Assembly: GCA_963717505.1 (NCBI GenBank) | Contig: OY970342.1 | Span: forward strand, 1,760,001-1,824,000 | Direction of reading: 5' to 3' | Source of the DNA: Candidatus Eiseniibacteriota bacterium | GTDB taxonomy: Bacteria > Eisenbacteria > RBG-16-71-46 | Length of the DNA: 64,000 bases | Shown: one piece after another, positions 22,688 through 31,900 of the stretch | Layout: each line of letters starts with the position of its first letter | Numbering within the stretch: position 1 is the first letter of the stretch | The notes under the pieces: generated by a model | What the model was told of the DNA's origin: nothing | What the model saw: the letters and a program-made list of their open reading frames with translations, nothing else | Databases searched by the model: none | Program-made: the position numbers and the translations under genes

Positions 22688-24015
22688 GGCTTCCTCCTCG
22701 ACGTCGCGTCCGGCAACGTCACGCCCAGCAGCTCCGGACGACCGGTGAGACTCAGCAGCTCGGCTTGCGCCATCGCCAACTCGCGACCCGCGTCGGCGAC
22801 TTCGAGCGCGCTGGTGTAGTGGGTGTGTGCGGCTTCGAGAGCTTCGGCGAGGTCGCTGCCGCCCGAGGAATAGGCGCTCCACGCCGCGGCCAACGAGCGT
22901 TCGCGCAACACCAGCACGGTGTCGGCAAGCAGCGTCAGCACGCGCTCACCGCCGCGCGCGCGCGCGTGCGCCGACTCGACCATCTCGAGCAGCTCTAGCT
23001 CCACTTGGGCGCGCTCGGATTCCTCGGCGTTTGCCATCGCCTCCATCGCGCGCGCTTCGGCCTGCTCGCGTCCGCCCGCGAACAGCGGCAGCGAGAACGC
23101 GACGCTCGCGCTGATCATGTTCTCCTGAACCACGCCGCCATGTGCGGCCGCAAACTCAGGATCGAGGTTGTCACGAAAGCCATACGACGCGCGCACGTCG
23201 AGATCAGGCCACTGCTCGCGCCGTGCGGCGCGGGCCGCCAGGTCGAAACGCTCTTGCGACGCGGCGCGCGCGCGTAGTCGCGGATGATCGGCGACCGCCT
23301 GCCGCCACGGTGCGAGCTCACCGACTTTCGCGTTCTCGGGTAGCGGATCGAGGGGACCAAACGCACGCCCTGTAGGGAAGCCCGACACCGTCGCCAGCCG
23401 TGCGCGCGCGGCGGACTCCATGGCTTCGAACTTCGCCATGTCTGCGGCGATCTCTGCTGCTTCTGCCTCAGCGGCTAGTGGCTCGCCCAGCCGACCGCGA
23501 CCCGCCTCGTAGCGCGCGCGCGCCGCCTCGGCCATCCGGCGCATCGCGCCCTGATGGCTGCGCGCCGCCGCGACCTTCTCGACCGCGGCCACCGCTTCGG
23601 CGTACGCGTTCCACGTCTGTCCCAGCACATCGCGGCGTGTCGCCGCCAGCTCTGCGGAGTCCGCGGCCGCCGCGCGCGCGCCCGACTGGCGCGCAAGGCC
23701 GTTGGCGCCAAAGATCGGAACACGCTGCATCACGCCGACCATCTTCTGCGTCATCGGATCCTGGTCGAAGCGCATCGTCGTCGGCAGGTCGACGATGCCG
23801 ACTTCGAGCACTGGCGCTTCCCACGCGCCGGCGCGTACCGCCTGTTCGCGCGACACGCCGATCCGCGCTTCGGCGACGCGCAGTCGCGGGCTGTTGGCGA
23901 GCGCGTCTGCTATGAAGTCCACGACCCCGGCCGCGCTCGCCGGGAATGGAATCAGCGCCAGCCACGCGGCGGCGGCGCCCAGCACCAACGCCCTGCTCGA
24001 TGTCGATGAATGCAC
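22684..24015 (-). CDS. TolC/CusC family outer-membrane efflux protein
   Basis: Signal peptide, ALANSPRL, QRVPIFG, HPRLRA, WPDLDV, FSLPLF; CAGGAG RBS before the GTG at 24015. Confidence 0.9.
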   Translation of the reverse strand: MHSSTSSRALVLGAAAAWLALIPFPASAAGVVDFIADALANSPRLRVAEARIGVSREQAVRAGAWEAPVLEVGIVDLPTTMRFDQDPMTQKMVGVMQRVPIFGANGLARQSGARAAAADSAELAATRRDVLGQTWNAYAEAVAAVEKVAAARSHQGAMRRMAEAARARYEAGRGRLGEPLAAEAEAAEIAADMAKFEAMESAARARLATVSGFPTGRAFGPLDPLPENAKVGELAPWRQAVADHPRLRARAASQERFDLAARAARREQWPDLDVRASYGFRDNLDPEFAAAHGGVVQENMISASVAFSLPLFAGGREQAEARAMEAMANAEESERAQVELELLEMVESAHARARGGERVLTLLADTVLVLRERSLAAAWSAYSSGGSDLAEALEAAHTHYTSALEVADAGRELAMAQAELLSLTGRPELLGVTLPDATSRRKP

Positions 24016-24021
24016 TGCACA

Positions 24022-24146
24022 CGCTCCTGTGCCTGAAGTTCCATGTAACGCAGGCTTCGCCAACGCGAAGTGCGACGGTGGAACGACGGATCCGAACGGA
24101 CGCCGTCCGGCCATCGGACGACGTCAGTGACCGAGGATCAGGAGCG
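24022..24146 (-). promoter_or_regulatory. Putative translational attenuator: anti-SD in the leader ORF end pairs with the tolC SD
   Basis: On the mRNA, CGCUCCUG (24146-24139) is exactly complementary to CAGGAGCG (24029-24022). Nested hairpins lie at 24038-24084 and 24104-24120. Confidence 0.6.
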
Positions 24147-24569
24147 AGGCGGGGCTCGGTCGGAGGAGGGACTGCCCGCGTGACGTGCGGTCGGTGGCGG
24201 ACTGTCGTCGAGCGTGAAGACTTCGGAAGGAAGGTCGGTGACCGAGGTGATGAGTGCGACGTCGATGATCGCAGGCATCGGCACCGAAGGTGCGAGCTTG
24301 TCGAGTGCGACCGCCGACACCGAGGTCAGCAACATGCAGCACGGGGATCCACCGGACGGACTCGGCGCTGGCGTGTCGTCGGCAACCGGATGACAGCAGG
24401 AGCCGCCGCTCTCCGCCGCGGGCGTACGCGCGTGACAGTCGACACCCGAGCGCTCGGAAGTCGGAGTCGCGAACGCGCTCACCAGGCAGTAGTTGCTGCC
24501 GAACAGGAACAGCGCGAGCGTCGCCGTGAGGGCCGTGCGCCACGAAGTATGGGTATGGGGCGTCAACAT
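24138..24569 (-). CDS. Cys/His-rich exported leader protein with C-terminal RAPP motif (DUF2946/CutF/CruR-like)
   Basis: 143 aa after an AAGGAG RBS; hydrophobic N-terminus; YC, DCH, SCCH and PCC motifs; ends SSDRAPPRS. Confidence 0.8.
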   Translation of the reverse strand: MLTPHTHTSWRTALTATLALFLFGSNYCLVSAFATPTSERSGVDCHARTPAAESGGSCCHPVADDTPAPSPSGGSPCCMLLTSVSAVALDKLAPSVPMPAIIDVALITSVTDLPSEVFTLDDSPPPTARHAGSPSSDRAPPRS

Positions 24570-24788
24570 GAGTGCTCCTTCGGCGATCAAAGGCTCGGAC
24601 TTGAGCGTGGTCGCGGTTCGCCGACCGGCCGGGATTGTGCCAGAACCGGCCGGTGGCCCCAACCAAGCCCAGCGACTGCAAGCCGAAACCAAGGCGGCCC
24701 TGGCGGTTCGCGCAGGCCAAACTGCCTGGCCCGTCGCACCGGCCGGCCCGTCTGCAACGTCCTCGACCCGGGGCGGGCTGAGTGGTCT

Positions 24789-24812
24789 ACAAACCCCTTG
24801 ACCGGGGTTTGT
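24789..24812. promoter_or_regulatory. Perfect inverted repeat, possible operator in the divergent promoter region
   Basis: ACAAACCCC-TTGACC-GGGGTTTGT. Confidence 0.4.
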
Positions 24813-24897
24813 CGGCAGGCGTCTCCTTATAGACCTGCGGGCCCTCGAGCCTGCCATGAATGTCCCTCGGGCATTAGACCCCTACCGGAGGTGATTC

Positions 24898-27800
24898 ATG
24901 CCGCCGCACGTGAACTCAATTCGTGCTTTTCGAACGCCTTCTCTTCTTCTGATTCCAAGTCTGATCCTGGCGGCAGTCGCTGTAGCCATGCCTGCCGGCG
25001 CCAGCGACTACAACGTCAAGGGTCGGTGGCAATGGGTGACGGAGAGCAAATGGGATGTGATGAATGGCTCGAACCTCGAGAAAGGCGGCGGCACGCACAT
25101 GGCGTTGTTACGGGGAGCCAGCGACGAGCACTGGGTGTTGCACTGGCATCTGGGCGAACAGGCACGGCTGTGGCGGCCGACCTCTGCGACGGACGTCGAT
25201 GGCGTGGCGGAAGACGTGCCGTTCCTATCCTTCGAGACCTTTTGCTCGGGGCACGCAACGCTGGGCAACGGCAAGTTGCTGGTCGTGGGCGGCACGATAG
25301 GTGTGACGACCGGTGAGCGGCGTTGCGTGACGTTTGACCCGACGGAATACACGCTAGCCAGCAAGGGCTGGACCCAGGTCAACTCGAGCGCGGCCGGGCA
25401 CTGGTACCCGACGGTGACGACCCTCGGGGACGGAAAGGTGTTGGCGGTGGCCGGGGCGCAGCACGAGAACATCGTTATGTTCGGCGGCGCCGTCGGGAGC
25501 AGCGACACGGTCACGAACGAAGCTGGATTCCTGAACATGGCAGAGGACGAGAACTGGAACCGGGATCCGACCACAAGCGGCAGGCCCGCGAAAAGACAGG
25601 GCCACAGCGCCGTCTACTGGAACGGCTTTGCCGTGGTGTTCGGCGGCGAAAGCATGAACAACGACATCCACAGGCTGTGGGGGCCGGATAAGGACCCAGG
25701 GCGTCGACGGCAGTGGGAAGCGGCCCTGACCCCCTCGAACCCTCCGTCTGCGCGTAGTTGGCACTCGGCGGTGGTGTTGGGTGACACGCTGTACGTCTTT
25801 GGAGGAAAGGACAACACCAGCGGCAGTGCGCTGAACGAGCTGTGGTGGATCAACCTCAAGAGCCCAAGTGCGTGGAACCAAGTGTCCGTACAGGGAACGT
25901 GGCCCGAGGCTCGATGGGACCATACGGCAGTGCTCGCCAAGGACGATCGAGCGCAGCCCGTGATGATCGTCTACGGTGGGCGAAAGAACGCGACCGAGCT
26001 TGCTGACGACGATGTCTGGGTGCTGACGATCCCCCGATATGTGAATCAGGGAGGGGGTGGCGCGGCCACGTCATTCGCTTGGCGTGGGCTAGAACTATCG
26101 TCGCCGGAGCCCGGGCCCCTGGAAGGACACAGTGCGGTGCTGGTGGCTCGCGGGTATCCGAACCCTCGTACCCATCGAATTCAAGTCTTCGGTGGGCGGA
26201 AAGCGAACGGAGACCTGACCAACTCACTTTGGGAGTTGAGGCAGGTCGAGGTTGCAGATTCTTCTGCCATTTGGACGTTCTTCGATCCGGGCCTCGGCGA
26301 CACGATCCCGCGGCGGATGCGGCACGCTGCAGTCTATGACAAGGAGTGGACCCGGATGATTGTCCACGGCGGCGACACGACACCGACTGCGGCTGGCGGC
26401 AACCTAGGAGATCTTTGGGAGCTGGACTTGGAGAACGCCGACTGGTCGCCGATTACGATCACGCCGACGGACTCGGTGCCCCTGGCGCGCTCCGGCCACA
26501 AGATGGTAATCGACTCTAGACCGATCCAGGTGCACGTGCCGGAGATCTACGATCCGGACAATGGCGCGTCCGGCACGTGGACGTCGAAGCCTGATGGGCC
26601 CAAGTACCAGCCCTACTACCCGTTCATGTTCACGCTGCCGGATGGCAACGTGTTCTTCGCTGGCAATGGGCCAGAGCACAGCGTTCCGCCGACGACCGAG
26701 AGTTACATCTACAACCCGGCCGCGCAGGAGTGGACAAACCAGAAGACCAGCGGGTCCCTGGGTGGCTCGGCGGTGTATTGGCCCGACCTCAACAAGGTGA
26801 TGAAGTGCGGTGGGGATGATGACGTTACGAATTCGGATGAGCAAGAAACCCGTGTGCTGACGATTGGATCGGGAAACTGGATCGAAGCTGCTGACATGCC
26901 GGAGTCGCGCACATTTCACAACCTTACACAGCTTCCGGATGGTCGTGTGCTCTTGTCCGGTGGAAAGACTCGGTCTTATGGAGGAGCATTCAACAATGTC
27001 GCCCGCATGTGGGATCCGACGCAGTCGGTTCCAGAGTGGGGCCCGTCGCTCGCGTCCGATCCTGCAAACCGCGGTTATCATTCCAGTGCGCTACTCTTGC
27101 CTGACGCGCGAATTCTGTGCGCCGGGGGACCAGGCGGCGCAGATAGGGAGGGTACGTGGCGAGCGACGATCTACTCACCGCCGTACCTCTACAAGAGCAA
27201 CGGAGTCGACTTGGCTGACCGCCCGACGATCACGAGTTCTCCAAACTACACGGTGCACTACAACGAACCGTTCTACGTGAATGTCGATGTCGATCCTGGG
27301 ACCACGCCGATTGACTCGATCAAGATCTTCTGCCTGATTCGTCCTGGGGCCCCCACCCACGGGTTCGACCAGAACCAAAGATACGTGTCGCTCGCGCCAT
27401 ACACCATGACGCACGGCATGCTCCGAACGGTGCTGACCGACAACCCCAACAAGGTTCCGCCCGGTGACTACCTGCTGTTCGCTGTACGAACTGGCGTGGC
27501 TGGTGTGCCCTCGGTGGCGAAATGGATAAAGATCCAAAATGAGGCCGGCGGGGTCGACAATACTGCACCAGCATCCGCGGGGCTGACCTACTCCGACGTC
27601 CAGTCCAATTCCGTAGTCCTCAAGTGGAATGCCCCCGGGGACGATGGCACGACAGGCACGGCGACCCAATACAGCTTGCGCAAGCGGCTGAGCACGGCCG
27701 GAGCGATCACCGACGCGAACTTCTTCGAGAACCCAGCCGTGGGCTTCAGCGGCCTCCCACGCCCTGCAGGGGCGCAGGAGCAAGCGTTGGCTGAGACTCT

Positions 27801-28977
27801 ATCGACCTGCACCACCTACTTCTTCGGGCTCAAGACGCGCGATGAGCGAACCAACGGCTGGTCAGCGGTGAGCGTCGTGACTGTCGGCACGAGCGGCTGT
27901 GGCGGTGGTGGAGGAGGCGAGCTTCCAGAATCCGCGCGTCCGGTCGGAGGCGGGCCGGTAGTAGCCCGAGAGCAGATTCTGCGGCTGGGGTCGTCGACCG
28001 GCGGTACAGCGGGCCTGACCATCGCGCATTCGGGGCCGACCGCGCAGGTGGACTCAGCGGCGATCCTACTGGCGCCGCGATCTGGGAACTCGATGACATT
28101 GGTGTCGGGAAACCAGCTGGAGGTTGTCGCGCGTCGTGAAGCCGAGCAGCTATTGCTGAATGGCACGGAGGTCAGCCTGTCGAACCTCGAGACGGCTCCG
28201 GGAGATCGTCTCATCGCCCGTTTCACCGACTCCGACGCGGTGCGAGGGATTGTGGTCGAGACTGGGGCGTCGGACTCGGACAACACGCCCGAGCGTCGTG
28301 GGTTCCGCGTACTCGTTCCCAATTCGCAAGGACAGTGGGTTCTGTCTACCGAGGTGGTGCCCGACTTCGACTGGGACGAGCTCGTGCTGCGGACGACAAC
28401 CGACAGTGTCTGCGTGGAGCTGGTCGGTGGGCACACGATCCTTGCCATCGATCGCCTGGTCGCGTCGGCCATGGAGCCATCCGTAGTCTCGATGGTTGGG
28501 ACTGAGGCGCGCCATTCCGAAGCGGGCAACCTCGCAGGCTTAGCCGAGTCAGTGGAACTGGCGGATGGGCAGTCTTTAGAAATCCACGCTGGCCTGCCTG
28601 CGACGGGCCAGCGCGCCGACGTGTTTCTCTACCTGAAGACGTCGGCGGCGAGCGGCCAGGGCCTGCGCAGTGAGCTTGATGCTGGTCGGAAGCTGCCGGC
28701 CGCATTCACACTGTCTCAGAACGAGCCCAACCCGTTCGGCGAAGGAACGCTCATCCGCTTCGCGGTGCCTATCAAGACCCAAGTAATGCTCGAGGTATTC
28801 GACATCCACGGCCGCAGGGTCAGGACTTTGAGTCAAAGCGAGTGGCCTGCTGGAGAACACACCCTTGAATGGAACGGACGAGACGAGCAGGGCCAGCGCG
28901 TCGCCCCCGGCGTCTATCTCTACCGCATGGAGGCGGGATCGTTCCGGGCCAGCCGCAAACTCGTCATGTCGCCTTGA
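24898..28977 (+). CDS. Secreted galactose/glyoxal oxidase-like copper radical oxidase with extra kelch propeller, Fn3 and FlgD-type C-terminal domain
   Basis: GGAGG RBS and signal peptide; FCSGH, WYPT, GYHSS and THGFDQNQR motifs; kelch repeats (R.GHS, FGG); LKWNAPGDDG; QNEPNPF...PGVYLYRM. Confidence 0.85.
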   Translation: MPPHVNSIRAFRTPSLLLIPSLILAAVAVAMPAGASDYNVKGRWQWVTESKWDVMNGSNLEKGGGTHMALLRGASDEHWVLHWHLGEQARLWRPTSATDVDGVAEDVPFLSFETFCSGHATLGNGKLLVVGGTIGVTTGERRCVTFDPTEYTLASKGWTQVNSSAAGHWYPTVTTLGDGKVLAVAGAQHENIVMFGGAVGSSDTVTNEAGFLNMAEDENWNRDPTTSGRPAKRQGHSAVYWNGFAVVFGGESMNNDIHRLWGPDKDPGRRRQWEAALTPSNPPSARSWHSAVVLGDTLYVFGGKDNTSGSALNELWWINLKSPSAWNQVSVQGTWPEARWDHTAVLAKDDRAQPVMIVYGGRKNATELADDDVWVLTIPRYVNQGGGGAATSFAWRGLELSSPEPGPLEGHSAVLVARGYPNPRTHRIQVFGGRKANGDLTNSLWELRQVEVADSSAIWTFFDPGLGDTIPRRMRHAAVYDKEWTRMIVHGGDTTPTAAGGNLGDLWELDLENADWSPITITPTDSVPLARSGHKMVIDSRPIQVHVPEIYDPDNGASGTWTSKPDGPKYQPYYPFMFTLPDGNVFFAGNGPEHSVPPTTESYIYNPAAQEWTNQKTSGSLGGSAVYWPDLNKVMKCGGDDDVTNSDEQETRVLTIGSGNWIEAADMPESRTFHNLTQLPDGRVLLSGGKTRSYGGAFNNVARMWDPTQSVPEWGPSLASDPANRGYHSSALLLPDARILCAGGPGGADREGTWRATIYSPPYLYKSNGVDLADRPTITSSPNYTVHYNEPFYVNVDVDPGTTPIDSIKIFCLIRPGAPTHGFDQNQRYVSLAPYTMTHGMLRTVLTDNPNKVPPGDYLLFAVRTGVAGVPSVAKWIKIQNEAGGVDNTAPASAGLTYSDVQSNSVVLKWNAPGDDGTTGTATQYSLRKRLSTAGAITDANFFENPAVGFSGLPRPAGAQEQALAETLSTCTTYFFGLKTRDERTNGWSAVSVVTVGTSGCGGGGGGELPESARPVGGGPVVAREQILRLGSSTGGTAGLTIAHSGPTAQVDSAAILLAPRSGNSMTLVSGNQLEVVARREAEQLLLNGTEVSLSNLETAPGDRLIARFTDSDAVRGIVVETGASDSDNTPERRGFRVLVPNSQGQWVLSTEVVPDFDWDELVLRTTTDSVCVELVGGHTILAIDRLVASAMEPSVVSMVGTEARHSEAGNLAGLAESVELADGQSLEIHAGLPATGQRADVFLYLKTSAASGQGLRSELDAGRKLPAAFTLSQNEPNPFGEGTLIRFAVPIKTQVMLEVFDIHGRRVRTLSQSEWPAGEHTLEWNGRDEQGQRVAPGVYLYRMEAGSFRASRKLVMSP

Positions 28978-31900
28978 ACTTGCCGATCGGGCGGCGCGGC
29001 CCCAACAAGCACAGTATACGACGCGCATCACTTGTGGCCGTGCTCTTTGTTGGGTGCCACTTGGTTACCGCACCTTCCGATGGATCGGCGCAGATCGTGG
29101 GTTCCATCATCGACATTTCCGGCGGCGTCAATCCGGAACTCGACCACTCACCCTCGATCGCGACAAGTGGTCGGAACGTGGTCGCGGTCTGGTATGACAA
29201 GGGTCGCGAGAACCTTCGTGGCTCGGTTTCTCGTGACGGCGGTGTCACATGGTCGGCTTCGATCATTGGCCCAGGCCGCCTGAGCCGGCCATCGACATGC
29301 ATCGACAGCAGACAGTCAGCATTCTGTGCGGTGGACGGAGTGGATGTTGGCGGATATACGATCCTGATTTTCAAGGCGTCGTTTCAGGATCCTGTCTGGC
29401 AATGGCAACGACAACAAAACGCCGTGCCTCCGATCTCGTTTGGTGCCGATGTGCCGGAAGGTGTACGCATCCTGAGCGACCACACAAACGATGTGCTCTA
29501 CCTGGTCTATACGCTCAGACCCGAGCGCTACCAGGGTCGCATCCAGTTCGTGCGCTCCACCAATGGAGGGGCGAGCTGGTCCCCTCCCGTTGAACTGAGC
29601 GGCAGCCAATGCAACACCGCGCAGTTCGCGCTCGGTCCCAATGGTGAGCTGTACGTGGTGTGGGAGGACTATGCTCAGGGAGCCATCGTCGGTCGAAAGT
29701 CCACGGATCAAGGCGTAAGCTTCAACGTTCCCTTTACGCTAGGGGCAATCCGCGACAACGTCAGCTTCGGGCCGCCGGGGTGGCAGGATGGTTCCCGCAG
29801 CGCGATGTTGGACAACGTCGAGTGCATGGACTTCCCGGCGTTCCTCGGGGTGGCAGTCGACACCGGCGCCGGGCCACGGCGCGGAGCGATCTACGGGGTA
29901 TGGAGCGAGTACGCCCTCGGCACGGTGGACCCCGACCCGATTCGCACCGTGGTTGAGACCGAGCCGAACGGCGATTTTGCCAGCGCCACGCCGATTCAGA
30001 TCGGTGACGATGTCAGTGGCGGGATGGTGGGAACTGACACCTCGGGCGACTGCGATGTGTTTACGTTCGGAGCCACGGCCGGTACGACGATTCAGATTAC
30101 CGGTGGAGCCACTTACTGTCACCCAGTAGGCGGGTGCACGAATCCGTCGTTCGGCATCTCGCTACTATGCGGAGATGATCCCTCGAACCTGACTCAGGTC
30201 GGGTGTGGTTCGCTCTACAACAGAACCTCGATCCCCCCGGTGGTCTACACGCTGCCGGCCACCGGACGCTACTATCTGGACCTATGCGGGGGCGTGGGGA
30301 CGTTCGTCTACGAACTCCAGTTCCGCGAGTACGTGATAACTCCCGGGCAGGGAGCTCTCGACCACCGCGATGTTGTACTAGTGCGTTCGACCGACGGCGG
30401 CGCGACGTGGTCGGACAAGGTGCGGGTCAACGATGATGCGCCGAGTTACGACAACGCGATGCCGGCGGTGGCGGTGGACGCCTCGGGCCGGGTGTACGTG
30501 GCGTGGTATGACCGGCGTGAGGATCCGGAGTGCGGAGCACAGGTGCACACACGTTGGACCTACTCTGAGGATGGCGGTGCGACATTCGCCTCTTCGCTGA
30601 GAGCGAGCGAACAGCCAAGCGGGGGTGGTCGTCACTACGACGGCCGGGGGCTGCAGAACACCTGGCAAGTGGGGGACCACCTCGCGCTACGTGCCGAAGG
30701 AGAGCGGGCTTACCTGCTGTGGACCCACATTCCGATTGGAGCTGCCTGTCCCCAATTGCCCTGCGACGGGGACATCTTCGGGTCGGTGATCGGCTTCGAG
30801 ACTGATCGGCCCGAGATCCTGGACGTGGAGCCGGATGTTGGGGCTCCCGGAATCGGCGTCGAGATCCGCGGGCGCAATCTGTCGGACGCGACGGCGGTTC
30901 TGTTTCGAGACCAGTCGGTTTCCTTCACGGTGGTCTCGGACTCGCTGATCACCACCGAGGTTCCGGTCGACGGGCGCACCGGGTATGTGACGGTGGTGAA
31001 CCCCCCGCTGGCCGGCGTGAGTGCGGGGCTGTTCTACGTGACGCCGCGGATTGGCTCGGTGCTGCCGTCGCGGGGGCTGGTGGGACAAGCAGTCAAGCTC
31101 GTCGGGGCCAACTTCACCGGTGCAAGCCAGGTGCGCTTCAATGGCGTGCCGTCATCGTTCACCGTGGTCTCTGACACCTTGATCACGACCATGGTGCCGG
31201 GGGGAGCAAACGAGGGTCCGATCGAGGTCGTGGCCCCAGGTGGAACCGTCGCGTCGGACCCGTTCCTGATCGGGCACCTCAACAGCGGGATTAACCTGGC
31301 GTGGGACGACTGCGGAGCCAACGGGGTGACACTGAAGCGGTTTGCGTGCGACACGAATCTGGGGCCGATGTTCACGCTGGTCGGCTCGTTCACACCGCCC
31401 GTGGGAGTCGATCGGTTCACTGGGATCACCGCCGATCTCCGGGTGATCAACCCCTCCGGCCAGCCGCTGCCGGACTGGTGGCGGGTCTCGACCGGCGGAT
31501 GCCGTCCTGACGCGCTAGGGACGAGCTATGACTTCACTGCTGGTCCCACCACGTGCCGTGACTTCTACCAGGGGCCTCTGAGCAACAGCATTTCATACGA
31601 GCCCGCGTACGGAGGGCCCGCACATGCCCGCCTACTGATGAGCGCGACAATCCCTACCGAGGGTGTCGGGCCGCTCGATGCGGGGACCGAGTACTACGCA
31701 TTCAAGGTCCATGTCGCGCGGGTACAGAGCATCGGCAAGGAGAGCTGTGCGGGCTGTAGCTCGACGATGCGCCTCGAGCTTCGATCAATCCAATTGCACC
31801 AGCCGGTCGAGAGCGGTTTCGCCCCAGTGCTGACCACGCCGCTGATTCGGCAAGTCGCCTACTGGCAGAACTCTGGGCCCGACATTGTGAGCTTCCTGCC

